Source: an uncultured Gammaproteobacteria bacterium
GTDB lineage: Bacteria > Patescibacteriota > Microgenomatia > UBA8517
DNA length: 64,000 nucleotides
Assembly: GCA_964600575.1 (NCBI GenBank)
Contig: CAZRJH010000001.1
Span: forward strand, 223,683 to 287,682
Direction of reading: 5' to 3'
In this document: positions 27,555 to 38,421 of the stretch, piece by piece
Numbering within the stretch: position 1 is the first letter of the stretch
Layout: the number at the start of each line of letters is the position of its first letter
The notes under the pieces: model-generated
Told to the model about the DNA's origin: nothing
Databases searched by the model: none
Seen by the model: only the letters and a program-made list of their open reading frames with translations
Made by a program: the position numbers and the translations under genes

Positions 27555-28238
27555 AAGACTTATTTAAATTTCCAGCTGCTCGAGTTGGTCCTTTGAGACC
27601 ATCATGGTTCATCTTTATATTTTTACAGTCATGAATGCACAATATTCCTCCAAAAACAAGTTTTTTTGTCCAGTGCCTTAAGTCGGAATCAATCGCCAAG
27701 TCTGTGTGATCCCCGTCAATAAACAAAAAACCAATTTTGCGTTTGAACTTCTTTTGTGCTTCAAAAGATTTTTTGGGAATTATCTTGATTTTATTGGCTA
27801 AATTAAATCTTTTAAAAAGCTTTCGACAATAATTAAGATTTTCCTTAATGTTATTAATGTTTAAATATTTAAGATGTTCTAAAAGATAGGGTTTCGAGAT
27901 TGCATCCCTTTGGAGATTAAAAGGGTCTACGGTATAAAGCTTAGAGCTAAAATTCAAACTTGACATAGCCGACGCAATTACAACAGCGGACCCGCCGCGC
28001 CACGTACCTATCTCGACCACATCCAATTTTCTATTGGCGTTGTTTAAATATTTAACTAAGGCAAAAATTTCTCTTTGTGTAATTAATCCTTCTGGTGATG
28101 GGAATTTCAAAATGTAAGTATCTAAAGATTTTGCGGTATCAAAAAAAATTTGTTAAATATAATGTAAAAAAAGTCGGGAAGTTCAAATATGTAGTTGCCT
28201 TTAAGTTTAAATAAAATATTTGCAACAAGTTTAATCAT
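27496..28238 (-). CDS. Methyltransf_24-type methyltransferase; 5' part possibly frameshifted at an A8 tract
   Basis: VEIGTWRGGS, FIDGDH and IHD in 27496-28110. An upstream ATG at 28238 joins in frame if A8 (28141-28148) is A9. Confidence 0.75.
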
Positions 28239-29724
28239 TTGAAGTAATAAATTTATAAATCTGTCTTAAGTAAGAGACGGAATAATTTTCGTTGATATTT
28301 TTAGACCACAAATGTTCAATTTTATTGAAATCGTCCGTGATCGTATGACCTTTGCTCACAAACAATTTAAAACTTGGGTCATCGGTTTCGTGATAAATCG
28401 ATGAAGATATCTCCTTGTTTATTTTTGAAACAATATTCAAATTGTCGGTAGCTAAAAAAATCACATAGGACGGATGCATTTCAGGTGTAAGACTAAGGAA
28501 ATACACTTTGTTAAATGTTTTTCTTAAAGTGTGCCCAACAGAGTTAACCAAATCGTCACTCCCGTCCGATTTGCCAATAATATGTGTAATAAATATGCCT
28601 CCAGTATTTAACTTTGACTTAACAACTGTGTTGAACTCGTGTGAATAAACATGGGCGACAGGTGATATGTTGGTTAAAAGGTCATTGTATATAATGTCAT
28701 ATTTAGTCTCCACTTTTCTCAAGTACAACCTTGCTTCTTGATTGATAAAGGAGTTTTTTTCATCATTCCATCTACCATTAACAACTTTTATCATTTCCAA
28801 AGTTTTGGGGTTAATGTCTACCAAATCATATGAGACATCGTTATCGCTCCAATAGTCTGTGTATGTGCCCAGCCCTGCTCCCAAAATAAGCATTTTGGGG
28901 TTGTCTAGCGACTTTGCAGCATAATATATGAATTTTTGATAACTAACTATTTTATTTTCTTTGTCAAAACACCCTTGCTGGTTTGAGTCGATCAAAAGAC
29001 AATATATCCCGAAGCTGTTGGTAGATATATTTATAATTTCATATTTGGCATCAAAGTTTGTGTATGAATATATTATTCTCGGATCTTTTGTTTTGTTTTG
29101 AGTTAGCACTTGGCCTGTCAAAATAACAAACACCAAAGCAACATAGCCAGGGAAAAATCGATAGTTCAAAAGTAAACCCGTTAGCACAAGAAGCATCGCA
29201 GCCAATAAAAATATGGCAGTTAGCGACAAGTGTGGGATCAACAAGTAGGAGGATATCAACGCCCCAACAAGTGACCCCAAAGTTCCCAGGGCATAGACAA
29301 CCCCAATTAATTTCTCAGTCGATTTTTTATCAAGAAACAACAATCTGGTTAAAAATGAAGTAGTAACACCCATAGAAACAAAGGCCAAAGAAAATAACAA
29401 AGAAGAAGCAACCAAAGGGGCAGAACTTAAAGAAAATTTGTCGGAAAAATTTAATATTTGATTACGTAAGCTAAACGGAAGTATTGTCATGATTGCTGAA
29501 ATTAACAAATTCATCTGTAAATGGTTAATTTCTAGATTTTTAAAAATTTTTGATCCAAGTAAATATCCAAACGAAAGAAATCCCAAAGTTACACTAATTA
29601 ATGCAGTCCAAACATATATCGTTGAGGCGTAGTAGGGAGCTATTACTCTTGATCCAACTACCTCCACAACCAAAGAAACAAGTCCGTTTAAGAAAGAGAC
29701 AAAAAGCAACAAGTTACTGTTCAT
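28231..29724 (-). CDS. Membrane-fused spermidine synthase-like protein
   Basis: N-terminal TMs (E..G.R..AP..W...I; Y...TLGS..G) and a C-terminal SAM fold (LGAGLG, VDIN, EAR, YD, TDD). Confidence 0.88.
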   Translation of the reverse strand: MNSNLLLFVSFLNGLVSLVVEVVGSRVIAPYYASTIYVWTALISVTLGFLSFGYLLGSKIFKNLEINHLQMNLLISAIMTILPFSLRNQILNFSDKFSLSSAPLVASSLLFSLAFVSMGVTTSFLTRLLFLDKKSTEKLIGVVYALGTLGSLVGALISSYLLIPHLSLTAIFLLAAMLLVLTGLLLNYRFFPGYVALVFVILTGQVLTQNKTKDPRIIYSYTNFDAKYEIINISTNSFGIYCLLIDSNQQGCFDKENKIVSYQKFIYYAAKSLDNPKMLILGAGLGTYTDYWSDNDVSYDLVDINPKTLEMIKVVNGRWNDEKNSFINQEARLYLRKVETKYDIIYNDLLTNISPVAHVYSHEFNTVVKSKLNTGGIFITHIIGKSDGSDDLVNSVGHTLRKTFNKVYFLSLTPEMHPSYVIFLATDNLNIVSKINKEISSSIYHETDDPSFKLFVSKGHTITDDFNKIEHLWSKNINENYSVSYLRQIYKFITSND

Positions 29725-30398
29725 TTTATTTTGTAAAGCAATTTGCGGATAAATCTAAATTTGAGGTATTTAGGCAATTCTAATACTGTTGCGGATCTTG
29801 TATTACCAGAAATAGCGCTACCTACACCATGTGTGTCCATGCCTAGCTTTTTTGCTGGAATAATATCCATATTGTCAAAGTCACCGACCATAAGAATTTC
29901 TTTGGGTTTCAGGTTAGAAAACTGCAAAACACCCCTAAACATCTTAAGATTTGGCTTGAGTGTTTTTTCACTATCCGAAGAAAAGACCTTTTCAAAAAAT
30001 CTAAGTTTTCCTGGCTTCTCTACAAAACCCAAACGATCTAAAACCTTGAAGGTGTTTTCTTGAGTAGAGTTTGTCAAGACAAAGTGTCGATACTTTTTAA
30101 GTTTACTAAACAAACTCAACAACTCTGGACTACGTTTAGCAAATAAATGGCGCTTAATTTTCTTCTCCATTTCCAGAACTATATCAAGTTCGTTTTTTTT
30201 GGTAATCAAAAAAGCAGTCTTAATCCAATTGTTGTTGGCAGATACTTTTTCGAAACGCTTTTTTGCATAAACCAAACCATCGCCTGTGTATTTAGAACAG
30301 ATGGAAATTAAAACTTTTTTAATTGATGAGGCAGTTTTTTCGCTATAAAAAAGTGTCCCATCCAGATCCCATACTATAGCTTTGATTTTGGAGTTCAT
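29721..30398 (-). CDS. HAD-superfamily hydrolase (IA)
   Basis: WDLDGTL, LTNS, KP, MVGD...D. Confidence 0.9.
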   Translation of the reverse strand: MNSKIKAIVWDLDGTLFYSEKTASSIKKVLISICSKYTGDGLVYAKKRFEKVSANNNWIKTAFLITKKNELDIVLEMEKKIKRHLFAKRSPELLSLFSKLKKYRHFVLTNSTQENTFKVLDRLGFVEKPGKLRFFEKVFSSDSEKTLKPNLKMFRGVLQFSNLKPKEILMVGDFDNMDIIPAKKLGMDTHGVGSAISGNTRSATVLELPKYLKFRFIRKLLYKIK

Positions 30399-30399
30399 T

Positions 30400-30804
30400 T
30401 TAAGTTCTTCCGTATAATTTAGGTATAAAATTTTGGAGTGATTTTCTCGTTCTTTTGGAAACGTAGTTAGACATAAGTATAGATGATGCTAGTGAATGCA
30501 GGTTCTGTAGCTTGGCATCAACAATATTTTTGTCATAAACAAAGTCTGCAATTAGACTCAAGTTACTAAATTCTTTTATATATCCAAGTTTGTAAGTCTG
30601 GAGGTAAATATCCGGTCCGGTTCTGGAGATATAGTTAAGTAAGATGTTTTTTTGTTTATTTGTCTTACGAGATAAATAAACAACTTGAATGATATTTAAT
30701 TTATAAAAAAATATTTCCAGTATATACAAAGCTTCGGATAGTATTGGAACAAAAAGAATAGGAGAGTGTCTAATTTTGATTAAGCGAAGCTTTGGATTAA
30801 CCAT
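30400..30804 (-). CDS. Hypothetical protein
   Basis: Fills the gap in a co-oriented run; ATG 30804 overlaps the GT2 stop. Confidence 0.55.
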   Translation of the reverse strand: MVNPKLRLIKIRHSPILFVPILSEALYILEIFFYKLNIIQVVYLSRKTNKQKNILLNYISRTGPDIYLQTYKLGYIKEFSNLSLIADFVYDKNIVDAKLQNLHSLASSILMSNYVSKRTRKSLQNFIPKLYGRT

Positions 30805-31570
30805 AGATATTTTTAGACCTGATAAAAAGATCTTCTCTGACAAAATTATATGGATTGACTTTAATGTTGGTGTTAGATGAGTGCGTATTGTATGCATACA
30901 ACTTTCGATTTATATATTTATAATTATCACCGTACATTTTTATTAAGGGTAAATACGTACACAAGTCAAAGCAATACCTAAACCATTTTGTAGAATTTTC
31001 CATAAAATTTGTTTTAGGAATACTATTGAATGAATCAAACCTAAAAGTCATCGGGTGAAATACACGAAAAGGCTCTCTTAAAAAGTTTCCGTTCTTGATG
31101 GATGATTTTTTATATCGAGTGTTTAGTAATAGATATTTATCATCTTCAGACTTATTGATATATTCATATCCGTTCCATATAACACAACTACCATAAGTGA
31201 ACTTTAATTCATGGCCTGAGTACTCCTGTGCAAGATAAGAAAGTGCACCCTTGTCTACCAGCCAATCGTCGGCATCTACAACCACTACAACAGAGTTGCG
31301 TCTTCTAACATATTTGTGCAACATGTCGTAGGCATTAAATACGGAATACAAACGGTCTTTTCTAAAAACGCATTCGTGCTTTTTAAGTCTTTCTTTTATA
31401 TAGTTGATTTCACTTCTGCTATAATCCGAGGCGTCGTCTACATACAAAATTTTAAAATTTTGGTAGGTTTGATTAAGTACAGAGTGAACACTTTTGTCAA
31501 AATATTCAAATGAATTCCAAGATCTCATCAGTATATAAAAAAACGTTTCTGGGGAAGTTGGTTTCAACAT
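30797..31570 (-). CDS. Glycosyltransferase family 2
   Basis: SVLNQTYQN, VDDASD, VDADD. Confidence 0.9.
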   Translation of the reverse strand: MLKPTSPETFFYILMRSWNSFEYFDKSVHSVLNQTYQNFKILYVDDASDYSRSEINYIKERLKKHECVFRKDRLYSVFNAYDMLHKYVRRRNSVVVVVDADDWLVDKGALSYLAQEYSGHELKFTYGSCVIWNGYEYINKSEDDKYLLLNTRYKKSSIKNGNFLREPFRVFHPMTFRFDSFNSIPKTNFMENSTKWFRYCFDLCTYLPLIKMYGDNYKYINRKLYAYNTHSSNTNIKVNPYNFVREDLFIRSKNIYG

Positions 31571-33045
31571 ATTTTAATTTAGACGATGCTTTTTTCGCCA
31601 TTATAACACTCACGTTTTGCTTTATTGCCTTATCAACTATATTTGGCACATCACTAAAACTAGCAACAATACTACTCATGGCCACAGGGATAATCTTATA
31701 CATAAAATATCAGAATCTTTATAGAAGTTTTTTCCTTATAGCTTTATTCTCTCTACCAATTATCAATCCTGGTAAATACTACGAACAGGAGTTGTTGGGA
31801 ATATCCCAGATAACAAACATTTTGGCTTTTGACTCGGGTAGATATGTAAGTTACGGTATAAACTTAACTTCAATATTCTTATCAATTTGTTTGGTTTTGG
31901 TGTTTGCGGAATATTTCAAATCCAAAAATAAAAAGGGGGTAATAAAGCACCTAATTGAAAAAAATACATATTTAGTAATAGCTGCATTTGGCTTCCTAAT
32001 TTCAGGGTTAGGCACAAGCATTGTTTTTTCACCTTTTGTGAGTCTTTCATCTGTATGGACAATACAATACTCACAAATTTTCCTTGTAGGTTTTCTTTTT
32101 TATTTTTTTTGGAGATCTCATCCAAACAACTCTAAACTGTTTTACTCAACAATCTCAGTAATGATTATTCTCCAGACACTTATATCAATCGGTCAATTTA
32201 TTAAACAATCAACTTTGGGGCTACCGATAGAGGTTTACTTGGACAAGCAATTTTATTACGGTGCAGACGAGATAAGCAGCCTCGCAAGAGTTGTTGGCAC
32301 TTTTTATTATCCCAACGGGTATGCATTCATAGCCAACTTAATTATTTGTTTTTTGTTACCGAAAGCGTTCAAAAAAAACAGCTTATACACATTGGCTGTT
32401 TTAGCTGGATATTTATCCATTGCATTGACCCAAAGTAGGTCAAACTGGATATCGGCTTTTGCTATTTTTGTGGTTTACTACAATGTTTATCTTAAAAATT
32501 ATAAAAACATATTGAAATTTGTAAACAAAAGAGCATTTTTATACCTAACCCTAATAATTGTAGCCGCGCTGTCTTTCGTGGTTACACCAAGATTACTGAT
32601 ATCCGCCAACTTTTATAACGAAAACGGGGGGTGGGAATTAAGAAGTAAGATGTTTACTGAAGGGTGGGAGGCTTTTTACAATTCACCATGGTTTGGTTTT
32701 GGCGCAGGAACAAATGAAACAGTACTAAATTCTTATTTCCCAGATGGAGTTACTTCAGTATTTCCATTGCCTGTTCTCCTTGCCCCCCTACAGATGCTTT
32801 TGGAATTTGGCCTTATCGGTTGTTTATTTTTTATAATTCCTGCCTACATTGTGTTGCGTAGAATCTTTAACAAACTGGCAAAGGGGCTTTCTTTGGTGTC
32901 CGACAATTTGGTCTTTACATATATTTGTGCAAATGTAGTTATATTAGTTCATTACTTTTTCCAGAATCACTATGGCGCAATGGAGTTCACTTTTTTGGGT
33001 CTTGTATTAGGGTCCGGGTTGATTGCATCAGACATTGAAAGCTGA
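31510..33045 (+). CDS. O-antigen ligase / Wzy_C-like membrane protein
   Basis: Multi-TM; R..GTF..PN, TQSRSNW, PWFGFGAG, E.G..G. Confidence 0.85.
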   Translation: MNSKISSVYKKTFLGKLVSTYFNLDDAFFAIITLTFCFIALSTIFGTSLKLATILLMATGIILYIKYQNLYRSFFLIALFSLPIINPGKYYEQELLGISQITNILAFDSGRYVSYGINLTSIFLSICLVLVFAEYFKSKNKKGVIKHLIEKNTYLVIAAFGFLISGLGTSIVFSPFVSLSSVWTIQYSQIFLVGFLFYFFWRSHPNNSKLFYSTISVMIILQTLISIGQFIKQSTLGLPIEVYLDKQFYYGADEISSLARVVGTFYYPNGYAFIANLIICFLLPKAFKKNSLYTLAVLAGYLSIALTQSRSNWISAFAIFVVYYNVYLKNYKNILKFVNKRAFLYLTLIIVAALSFVVTPRLLISANFYNENGGWELRSKMFTEGWEAFYNSPWFGFGAGTNETVLNSYFPDGVTSVFPLPVLLAPLQMLLEFGLIGCLFFIIPAYIVLRRIFNKLAKGLSLVSDNLVFTYICANVVILVHYFFQNHYGAMEFTFLGLVLGSGLIASDIES

Positions 33046-33057
33046 TATAAAGACCGT

Positions 33058-33891
33058 ATGGAAAAATATAAAAAAATTTCAAAAAATATAACCTGGTTCG
33101 ACAAAATCGCAGTTTTGGTTTTCTTAACTATTGTTCTTGGAGTTTTTGGTTTTTTTTACAGAAAGAGCCAGTATGTTGATATAAAAATTAGGGTTACCGA
33201 CAAAGATGTATTGTACGCATGGAACAATCCCCAAAATTGGTTTGCAAACAGATTTGTAGTTGGAGACTCAGAAAAAGATTTATTAGGTAATGACATAGCA
33301 AAAATTACAAACGTTGAATCGTACAATATTGATAATTACACGAAAGCTGTATATCTAAACATTAATATAAAAGCCACTTATGACCCCAGGACGCGTCAAT
33401 ACAGTGCCAGAGGCAAAAAACTGTCTTTTGGGACACCTGTGAAATTTAGTATGAATGGAGTTTCTTTCGACGGCCTGGTAGTAGACCCTCCACATTCTAG
33501 TCAGGACACAAACACATCCTTTGTAATCTCAGAGGTGTTTATCAGGGGAATACAAAGCGACTCCGCAGGAAAAACTTTTGTTGAACCCGAAGTCTTATCC
33601 CAAATAAAACAAGGGGACGTTATAGAAAGCAGTAGTGGAGTAAAATTTGCAGAAGTCTTGAATGTTAAATTAACAAGCGCTGAACATGTGACTCAAGATT
33701 CAAACGGTCGTTTATATCTCAGGTATGATCCTCTGTACAAAGACGCACGGGTTTTAGTCAGATTCAAAGTTAAGTCAGTAGGAAATGAAAAATATATTTT
33801 TAACGACTACCCTTTAAGAATAGGTAGTAAACCCGCATTAACATTTAAAGACAAGTTTATTGTGGGGGAAATAGTTAAAATCAATAACTAG
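33058..33891 (+). CDS. Membrane-anchored hypothetical protein (DUF4330-like)
   Basis: N-terminal TM and two similar beta-rich halves. Confidence 0.6.
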   Translation: MEKYKKISKNITWFDKIAVLVFLTIVLGVFGFFYRKSQYVDIKIRVTDKDVLYAWNNPQNWFANRFVVGDSEKDLLGNDIAKITNVESYNIDNYTKAVYLNINIKATYDPRTRQYSARGKKLSFGTPVKFSMNGVSFDGLVVDPPHSSQDTNTSFVISEVFIRGIQSDSAGKTFVEPEVLSQIKQGDVIESSSGVKFAEVLNVKLTSAEHVTQDSNGRLYLRYDPLYKDARVLVRFKVKSVGNEKYIFNDYPLRIGSKPALTFKDKFIVGEIVKINN

Positions 33892-34963
33892 ACTTATATA
33901 CTTGTCGGTAAATTTCTAGAGTATGTCTAGCGCAATCTCTCCAGGAAAATTTTTTAGAATTTTCCTTACCCTTGACTCCAAGGGCTCGACCCTTTTTTCT
34001 ATCTTTTATAAGAAGTTGCATTGCAGACTTGATCTGCAAAACTGAGTAGGGATCGACCAGAATTGAAGCACCCCTAGACACCTCTGAACAAGCTCCAAAG
34101 TTAGATGTTATAACAGGCGTACCTCGTGCCATGGCCTCCACGATTGGTAGGCCAAAACCTTCGTATATCGAGGGATATACTAATGCTATAGACTTGTCGT
34201 ACAAATCAACCAATCCCATATCATTTAGTCTTGAATAAACCAGTACTCGTTTCTCCAAACCATATTCCTTGATTAACTTGGTTATTCTTTTTTTGTTATC
34301 TTTCCTGGAAATAACAATCGCCAGTTTTATACTTTTGACAGCATTGGGTAGTTGAGCATAAGCTTGAAAGATTCTCCTTGTGTTCTTGCGTTCGTTAAAA
34401 TCAGCAAATGCCAAAAACAAATTCCGCTCGGAGCTGGTCTGCCTTTTATTTTTTAAAAAAACATCATCAACCCCCTCCAACACAACATCCACCTGTTTGT
34501 TTTTTGCACTCAACTCTTTTTTCATAGCCAAAGTCGGCACAATCAACCTTTTGGAATTGTTTGTCGTAAAAAAAGATGTAACCTCGCTTACTATACGGTT
34601 TAAAATAAATTTGCCAGCTATCGGATACGTATATCCCAACTTAACATCATGAACTGTGCTAATTACGGGGATTTTATTTAAAAAAATATCTCCAAATGGG
34701 GTCAAAAAATGGAAAAGATCCAATTGTTTTTTCATTGCGAAAAAACTTAAAAAAAATTGCCTGTTTAAAAAGGGTGCCACCTTGGGGGTCAAAACCAGTT
34801 TAAAGTTTTTTTGATTTGGTATGGAAATCTTGGTGTTACTAAAAAGCAAATACTCATTTTTTTTATCCAAGCGAGCTAAATTTTTAATCAAGTTTCTGGA
34901 ATACCTTCTGTTTCCGCACTCAAAAGGAATGGCCATACTAGAAGCATCGATTCCTATTTTCAT
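33881..34963 (-). CDS. Glycosyltransferase family 4
   Basis: MKIGID, RKN, PSIYEGFGLPIVEAM. Confidence 0.93.
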   Translation of the reverse strand: MKIGIDASSMAIPFECGNRRYSRNLIKNLARLDKKNEYLLFSNTKISIPNQKNFKLVLTPKVAPFLNRQFFLSFFAMKKQLDLFHFLTPFGDIFLNKIPVISTVHDVKLGYTYPIAGKFILNRIVSEVTSFFTTNNSKRLIVPTLAMKKELSAKNKQVDVVLEGVDDVFLKNKRQTSSERNLFLAFADFNERKNTRRIFQAYAQLPNAVKSIKLAIVISRKDNKKRITKLIKEYGLEKRVLVYSRLNDMGLVDLYDKSIALVYPSIYEGFGLPIVEAMARGTPVITSNFGACSEVSRGASILVDPYSVLQIKSAMQLLIKDRKKGRALGVKGKENSKKFSWRDCARHTLEIYRQVYKSSY

Positions 34964-35010
34964 TTAAGTAAATTGATTCTACAATCTTGTCGCGATATTC
35001 CAACACCCAA

Positions 35011-36231
35011 ATGAAAATATTATTGGTAAACAATATGCACTCGGAGTCGGGCGGCACTGAAACATATTATTTTAATATCTCAAAACTACTGAAGAGTCAT
35101 AATCATCAAATTGGTTTTTTTTCTACATTTGATAAAAAAAATAAAAAGACAAAAGACTATATTAAAACTGTCAAATACCCAGAGTTAAACAACATAAACT
35201 CAAAGAATTGGTTAAATATATTCCTAAATTCTCTTTATTCAGTTAGGAACAAATTTGAATTTTCAAACACACTGGATGAATTTAAACCGGACATAATTCA
35301 TTTTCAAAATATTTATATGGCAATATCTCCCTCCATCCTCCATGAAGCTAAAAAACGAAACATACCTTCGGTTATGACAGTTCATGATTACAATTTGATT
35401 ACACCAAACAATATTTTTTTTCATAATGGAGCGGTTTGCTGGGTGCCTTTGCAAAAGGGTTATCTACACATTATTTTCCACAAATGTGTACGAGGGTCTT
35501 TTTTTGGAACTTTTCTAATCACAACCATCCTAAAAATTCACCGTGTCTCAAAAATATATCAAAAAAATATTGATTTTTTTATTTTCCCTTCAACTTTTTC
35601 AAAACACCTTTTTGAGAAATCCGGACTAAAAACATTAGACAATCTGGTATTAAACAATTTTGCTTTTAAAACCAAATACAAAAAAGGTAACCCCGGAAAA
35701 TATGTTTTATATTTTGGACAAATTGCCGAGCATAAAGGAGTGGAAAGCATACTTGAGGCCGCTTTTCGACTTCCACAGATAAATTTTGTAGTAGTAGGCG
35801 AGGGGCCCCTGACGGAAAAAATAAAGGATGCCGTAAAGAGAATGCATTTGATCAATGTAAAGGCATTCAAATTTAGGACCAAAAAAGACTTAGCAAAAAT
35901 TATAAGAATGTCCATGTTTACAGTGGTACCTTCGATATGGCCGGAAAATCAACCTTATTCAATTATCGAATCATTTTCGTTTGGAAAACCAGTCGTAGCT
36001 TCTAACATCGGAGGAATCAATGAAATAGTGAACAATACAAACGGAATATTGGTAACACCAAACAACATTGAAGAGCTAACACATGCCATTCAACGTTTAT
36101 GGTTAGACAAAAATCTAAGAGGACAGTTGGGAGAAAAAGCAAAAAAAGATTTTCTATTAAAATATTCGGATACTCTTCATTACACAAGATTAATGTCAGT
36201 CTATAAAAAATTAATAAATGAAAAGAAATAA
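35011..36231 (+). CDS. Glycosyltransferase family 4
   Basis: MKILLV, GG.E, TVHDY, PSIWPENQPYSIIES. Confidence 0.92.
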   Translation: MKILLVNNMHSESGGTETYYFNISKLLKSHNHQIGFFSTFDKKNKKTKDYIKTVKYPELNNINSKNWLNIFLNSLYSVRNKFEFSNTLDEFKPDIIHFQNIYMAISPSILHEAKKRNIPSVMTVHDYNLITPNNIFFHNGAVCWVPLQKGYLHIIFHKCVRGSFFGTFLITTILKIHRVSKIYQKNIDFFIFPSTFSKHLFEKSGLKTLDNLVLNNFAFKTKYKKGNPGKYVLYFGQIAEHKGVESILEAAFRLPQINFVVVGEGPLTEKIKDAVKRMHLINVKAFKFRTKKDLAKIIRMSMFTVVPSIWPENQPYSIIESFSFGKPVVASNIGGINEIVNNTNGILVTPNNIEELTHAIQRLWLDKNLRGQLGEKAKKDFLLKYSDTLHYTRLMSVYKKLINEKK

Positions 36232-37306
36232 GATTGCAGTTATTCATGACATTTTAATCGACTATGGAGGAGCCGAACGAGCTTTGGAGTCTTTTTTAAG
36301 AGATTTCAAAAATTGCGATCTTTATACTTTTTATTTTGATTCAAAAAGTAAGACTATGAGAAGAGTAGTTGGCAAAATAAGGGTGCGAAGTTCACTTTTT
36401 CAATTCGTTCCAATAAAACATTTGGGTAGATTTGTCTCTTTTTTGAAACCCTTTGCCTGGCTATATTTTTATTTACTTAGAATTCCCGATTATCAAACAA
36501 TTGTTTCTTTCTCAAGCTCCTACAATGCCAAACTTGTAAGAAAACGGGGTGCGCAACGTCATGTTTCTTATATTTTTACACCTCCAAAATATCTTTACAA
36601 AGAAACTAACGATCTTGTATTTATAAAAAAATTTCCATTTAACTTGATACTGAAACCAATTTTTGCAGTTCTTCGTTTAATTGATAAAAACTCTGTTCAA
36701 AATATCGACTTATTGATAGCAATATCCAACACTGTAAAAAGGCGTATTAAAAAGTACTACGACCGAAATTCGGACATTATATATCCGCCAGTAAATATTC
36801 AAAAACCGACATACAAAATCAAGAAAGGGAACCACTATCTGTTTTTATCCAGACTCGTAAAACAAAAGGGGTTAGATTTAATAACAGAACTTGCGAGTAA
36901 ATACGACATCAAAATCAAAATAGCCGGCGCCGGTTACATGCAAAAAAAATTGCCTTTTAATAAAAACATAGAATATTTGGGTTTTGTGCCCGAAAACGAA
37001 ATTTCAGACACCTATGCAAAGGCCAGAGCAACAATATACTGCGCCAAAGACGAAGACTTTGGCCTCGTGCCAGTCGAAAGTATGTATTGCGGAACACCGG
37101 TCGTCGCCTTTAAAAGCGGGGGGGTAGAGGAAACAGTAGTAAATAAAAAAAGCGGTATTTTTTTTGAAAGCTTTAGCGTCATTTCACTCTACAAAGCAAT
37201 TAAAAAACTTGAGAGAATAAACTTTAGAAGCAATTCTGTTAAACGTTATGCCGAAAAGTACAAAAACAAATATTTTCTCCGGAAGTTTAAAAAAGTACTT
37301 GGGTAG
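36218..37306 (+). CDS. Glycosyltransferase family 4
   Basis: GGAER, IYPPV, EDFGLVPVESM. Confidence 0.92.
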   Translation: MKRNKIAVIHDILIDYGGAERALESFLRDFKNCDLYTFYFDSKSKTMRRVVGKIRVRSSLFQFVPIKHLGRFVSFLKPFAWLYFYLLRIPDYQTIVSFSSSYNAKLVRKRGAQRHVSYIFTPPKYLYKETNDLVFIKKFPFNLILKPIFAVLRLIDKNSVQNIDLLIAISNTVKRRIKKYYDRNSDIIYPPVNIQKPTYKIKKGNHYLFLSRLVKQKGLDLITELASKYDIKIKIAGAGYMQKKLPFNKNIEYLGFVPENEISDTYAKARATIYCAKDEDFGLVPVESMYCGTPVVAFKSGGVEETVVNKKSGIFFESFSVISLYKAIKKLERINFRSNSVKRYAEKYKNKYFLRKFKKVLG

Positions 37307-38417
37307 AATAGTAAATTTTTTAAAAGATTACAAACACATATTTGTAATCTTTGCGCTTACCAGGATTATTTACACTATAATCGGTATATATTCCGTACCC
37401 AGGGAAGACGCTTTCAGAATACATCCCATAGAAGAGAAGCGTTACACAACCATAAAATATCTTAATTTTTGGGCTAAGTGGGATACTGCATACTACTTGG
37501 AGATAGCCAAACAAGGTTACGACAAAACGACCCACCCCAACGGTAAAGCAAATTACGCTTTTTTCCCACTTTATCCGATTACCATAAATTTGTTTAAAGG
37601 TCTTTTTTTTGGAAAAGAATTTATTGCGGCTTTTTTTGTATCCAATCTGTGTTATTTAATAGCCTGTGTTTATTTGTACAAACTTGCCTCATTGGACACA
37701 GACAAATTTGTGGCACAGCGTATAACAAAATATACATTTTTAATTCCTGCCGCTTTTTTGTTTTCGGCTCCGCTTTCCGAAAGTTTGTTTTTAATGCTAA
37801 TTGTTTTAAGTTTCTACTATGCCAGAAAGGATCAGTGGCTAAATTCAAGTATACTCGGACTTCTGGGATCGTTAACGCGTCCGATAGGCGTTGTTTTGTT
37901 TTTACCTCTTGTAACAGAGCTCCTTGATTCAAAGCTGGAAATTGTGAAGAAAATTAAAAGTTTTCTTTATTTATGTATTGTTCCGATGGGAATTTTCATT
38001 TTCGGGTTTTACGTAAGGTCACTAACGGGAGATTTCTTTGCTTTTATGAAAGTTCAGTATGCCTGGGACAGAGCAATGATCAATCCGTTCTTTTTATTGG
38101 CGATGCTTTATGTGGTAAACACGCCTTATACAATTTTTGTCCTTTATTATTCTTTGTCTATATCCACAATGTTTGCAATATATTTTAAAAAATTAAGACC
38201 TTCTTATTGGATACTAGCAATATTAATGTTTTTTATACCCCTATCAACAGGGCCTCAAAGTATCGTTAGATTGTCACTTCCCATTTTCCCGTTGTATTTT
38301 ATACTTGCAGATATGACCAAAGACCCAGAAGTTGATAACGTCTTAACCGTTACTTTAGCGATTCTTCAAGGCGCCCTGTTTGTTGCTTGGATAGCAGGTT
38401 CCACCATTGTTGTTTGA
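37248..38417 (+). CDS. GT-C mannosyltransferase (PIG-V/GT76-like)
   Basis: WD..YY..IA..GY, AFFPLYP, ESLF, R..G; start uncertain. Confidence 0.85.
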   Translation: MPKSTKTNIFSGSLKKYLGRIVNFLKDYKHIFVIFALTRIIYTIIGIYSVPREDAFRIHPIEEKRYTTIKYLNFWAKWDTAYYLEIAKQGYDKTTHPNGKANYAFFPLYPITINLFKGLFFGKEFIAAFFVSNLCYLIACVYLYKLASLDTDKFVAQRITKYTFLIPAAFLFSAPLSESLFLMLIVLSFYYARKDQWLNSSILGLLGSLTRPIGVVLFLPLVTELLDSKLEIVKKIKSFLYLCIVPMGIFIFGFYVRSLTGDFFAFMKVQYAWDRAMINPFFLLAMLYVVNTPYTIFVLYYSLSISTMFAIYFKKLRPSYWILAILMFFIPLSTGPQSIVRLSLPIFPLYFILADMTKDPEVDNVLTVTLAILQGALFVAWIAGSTIVV

Positions 38418-38421
38418 AAAA

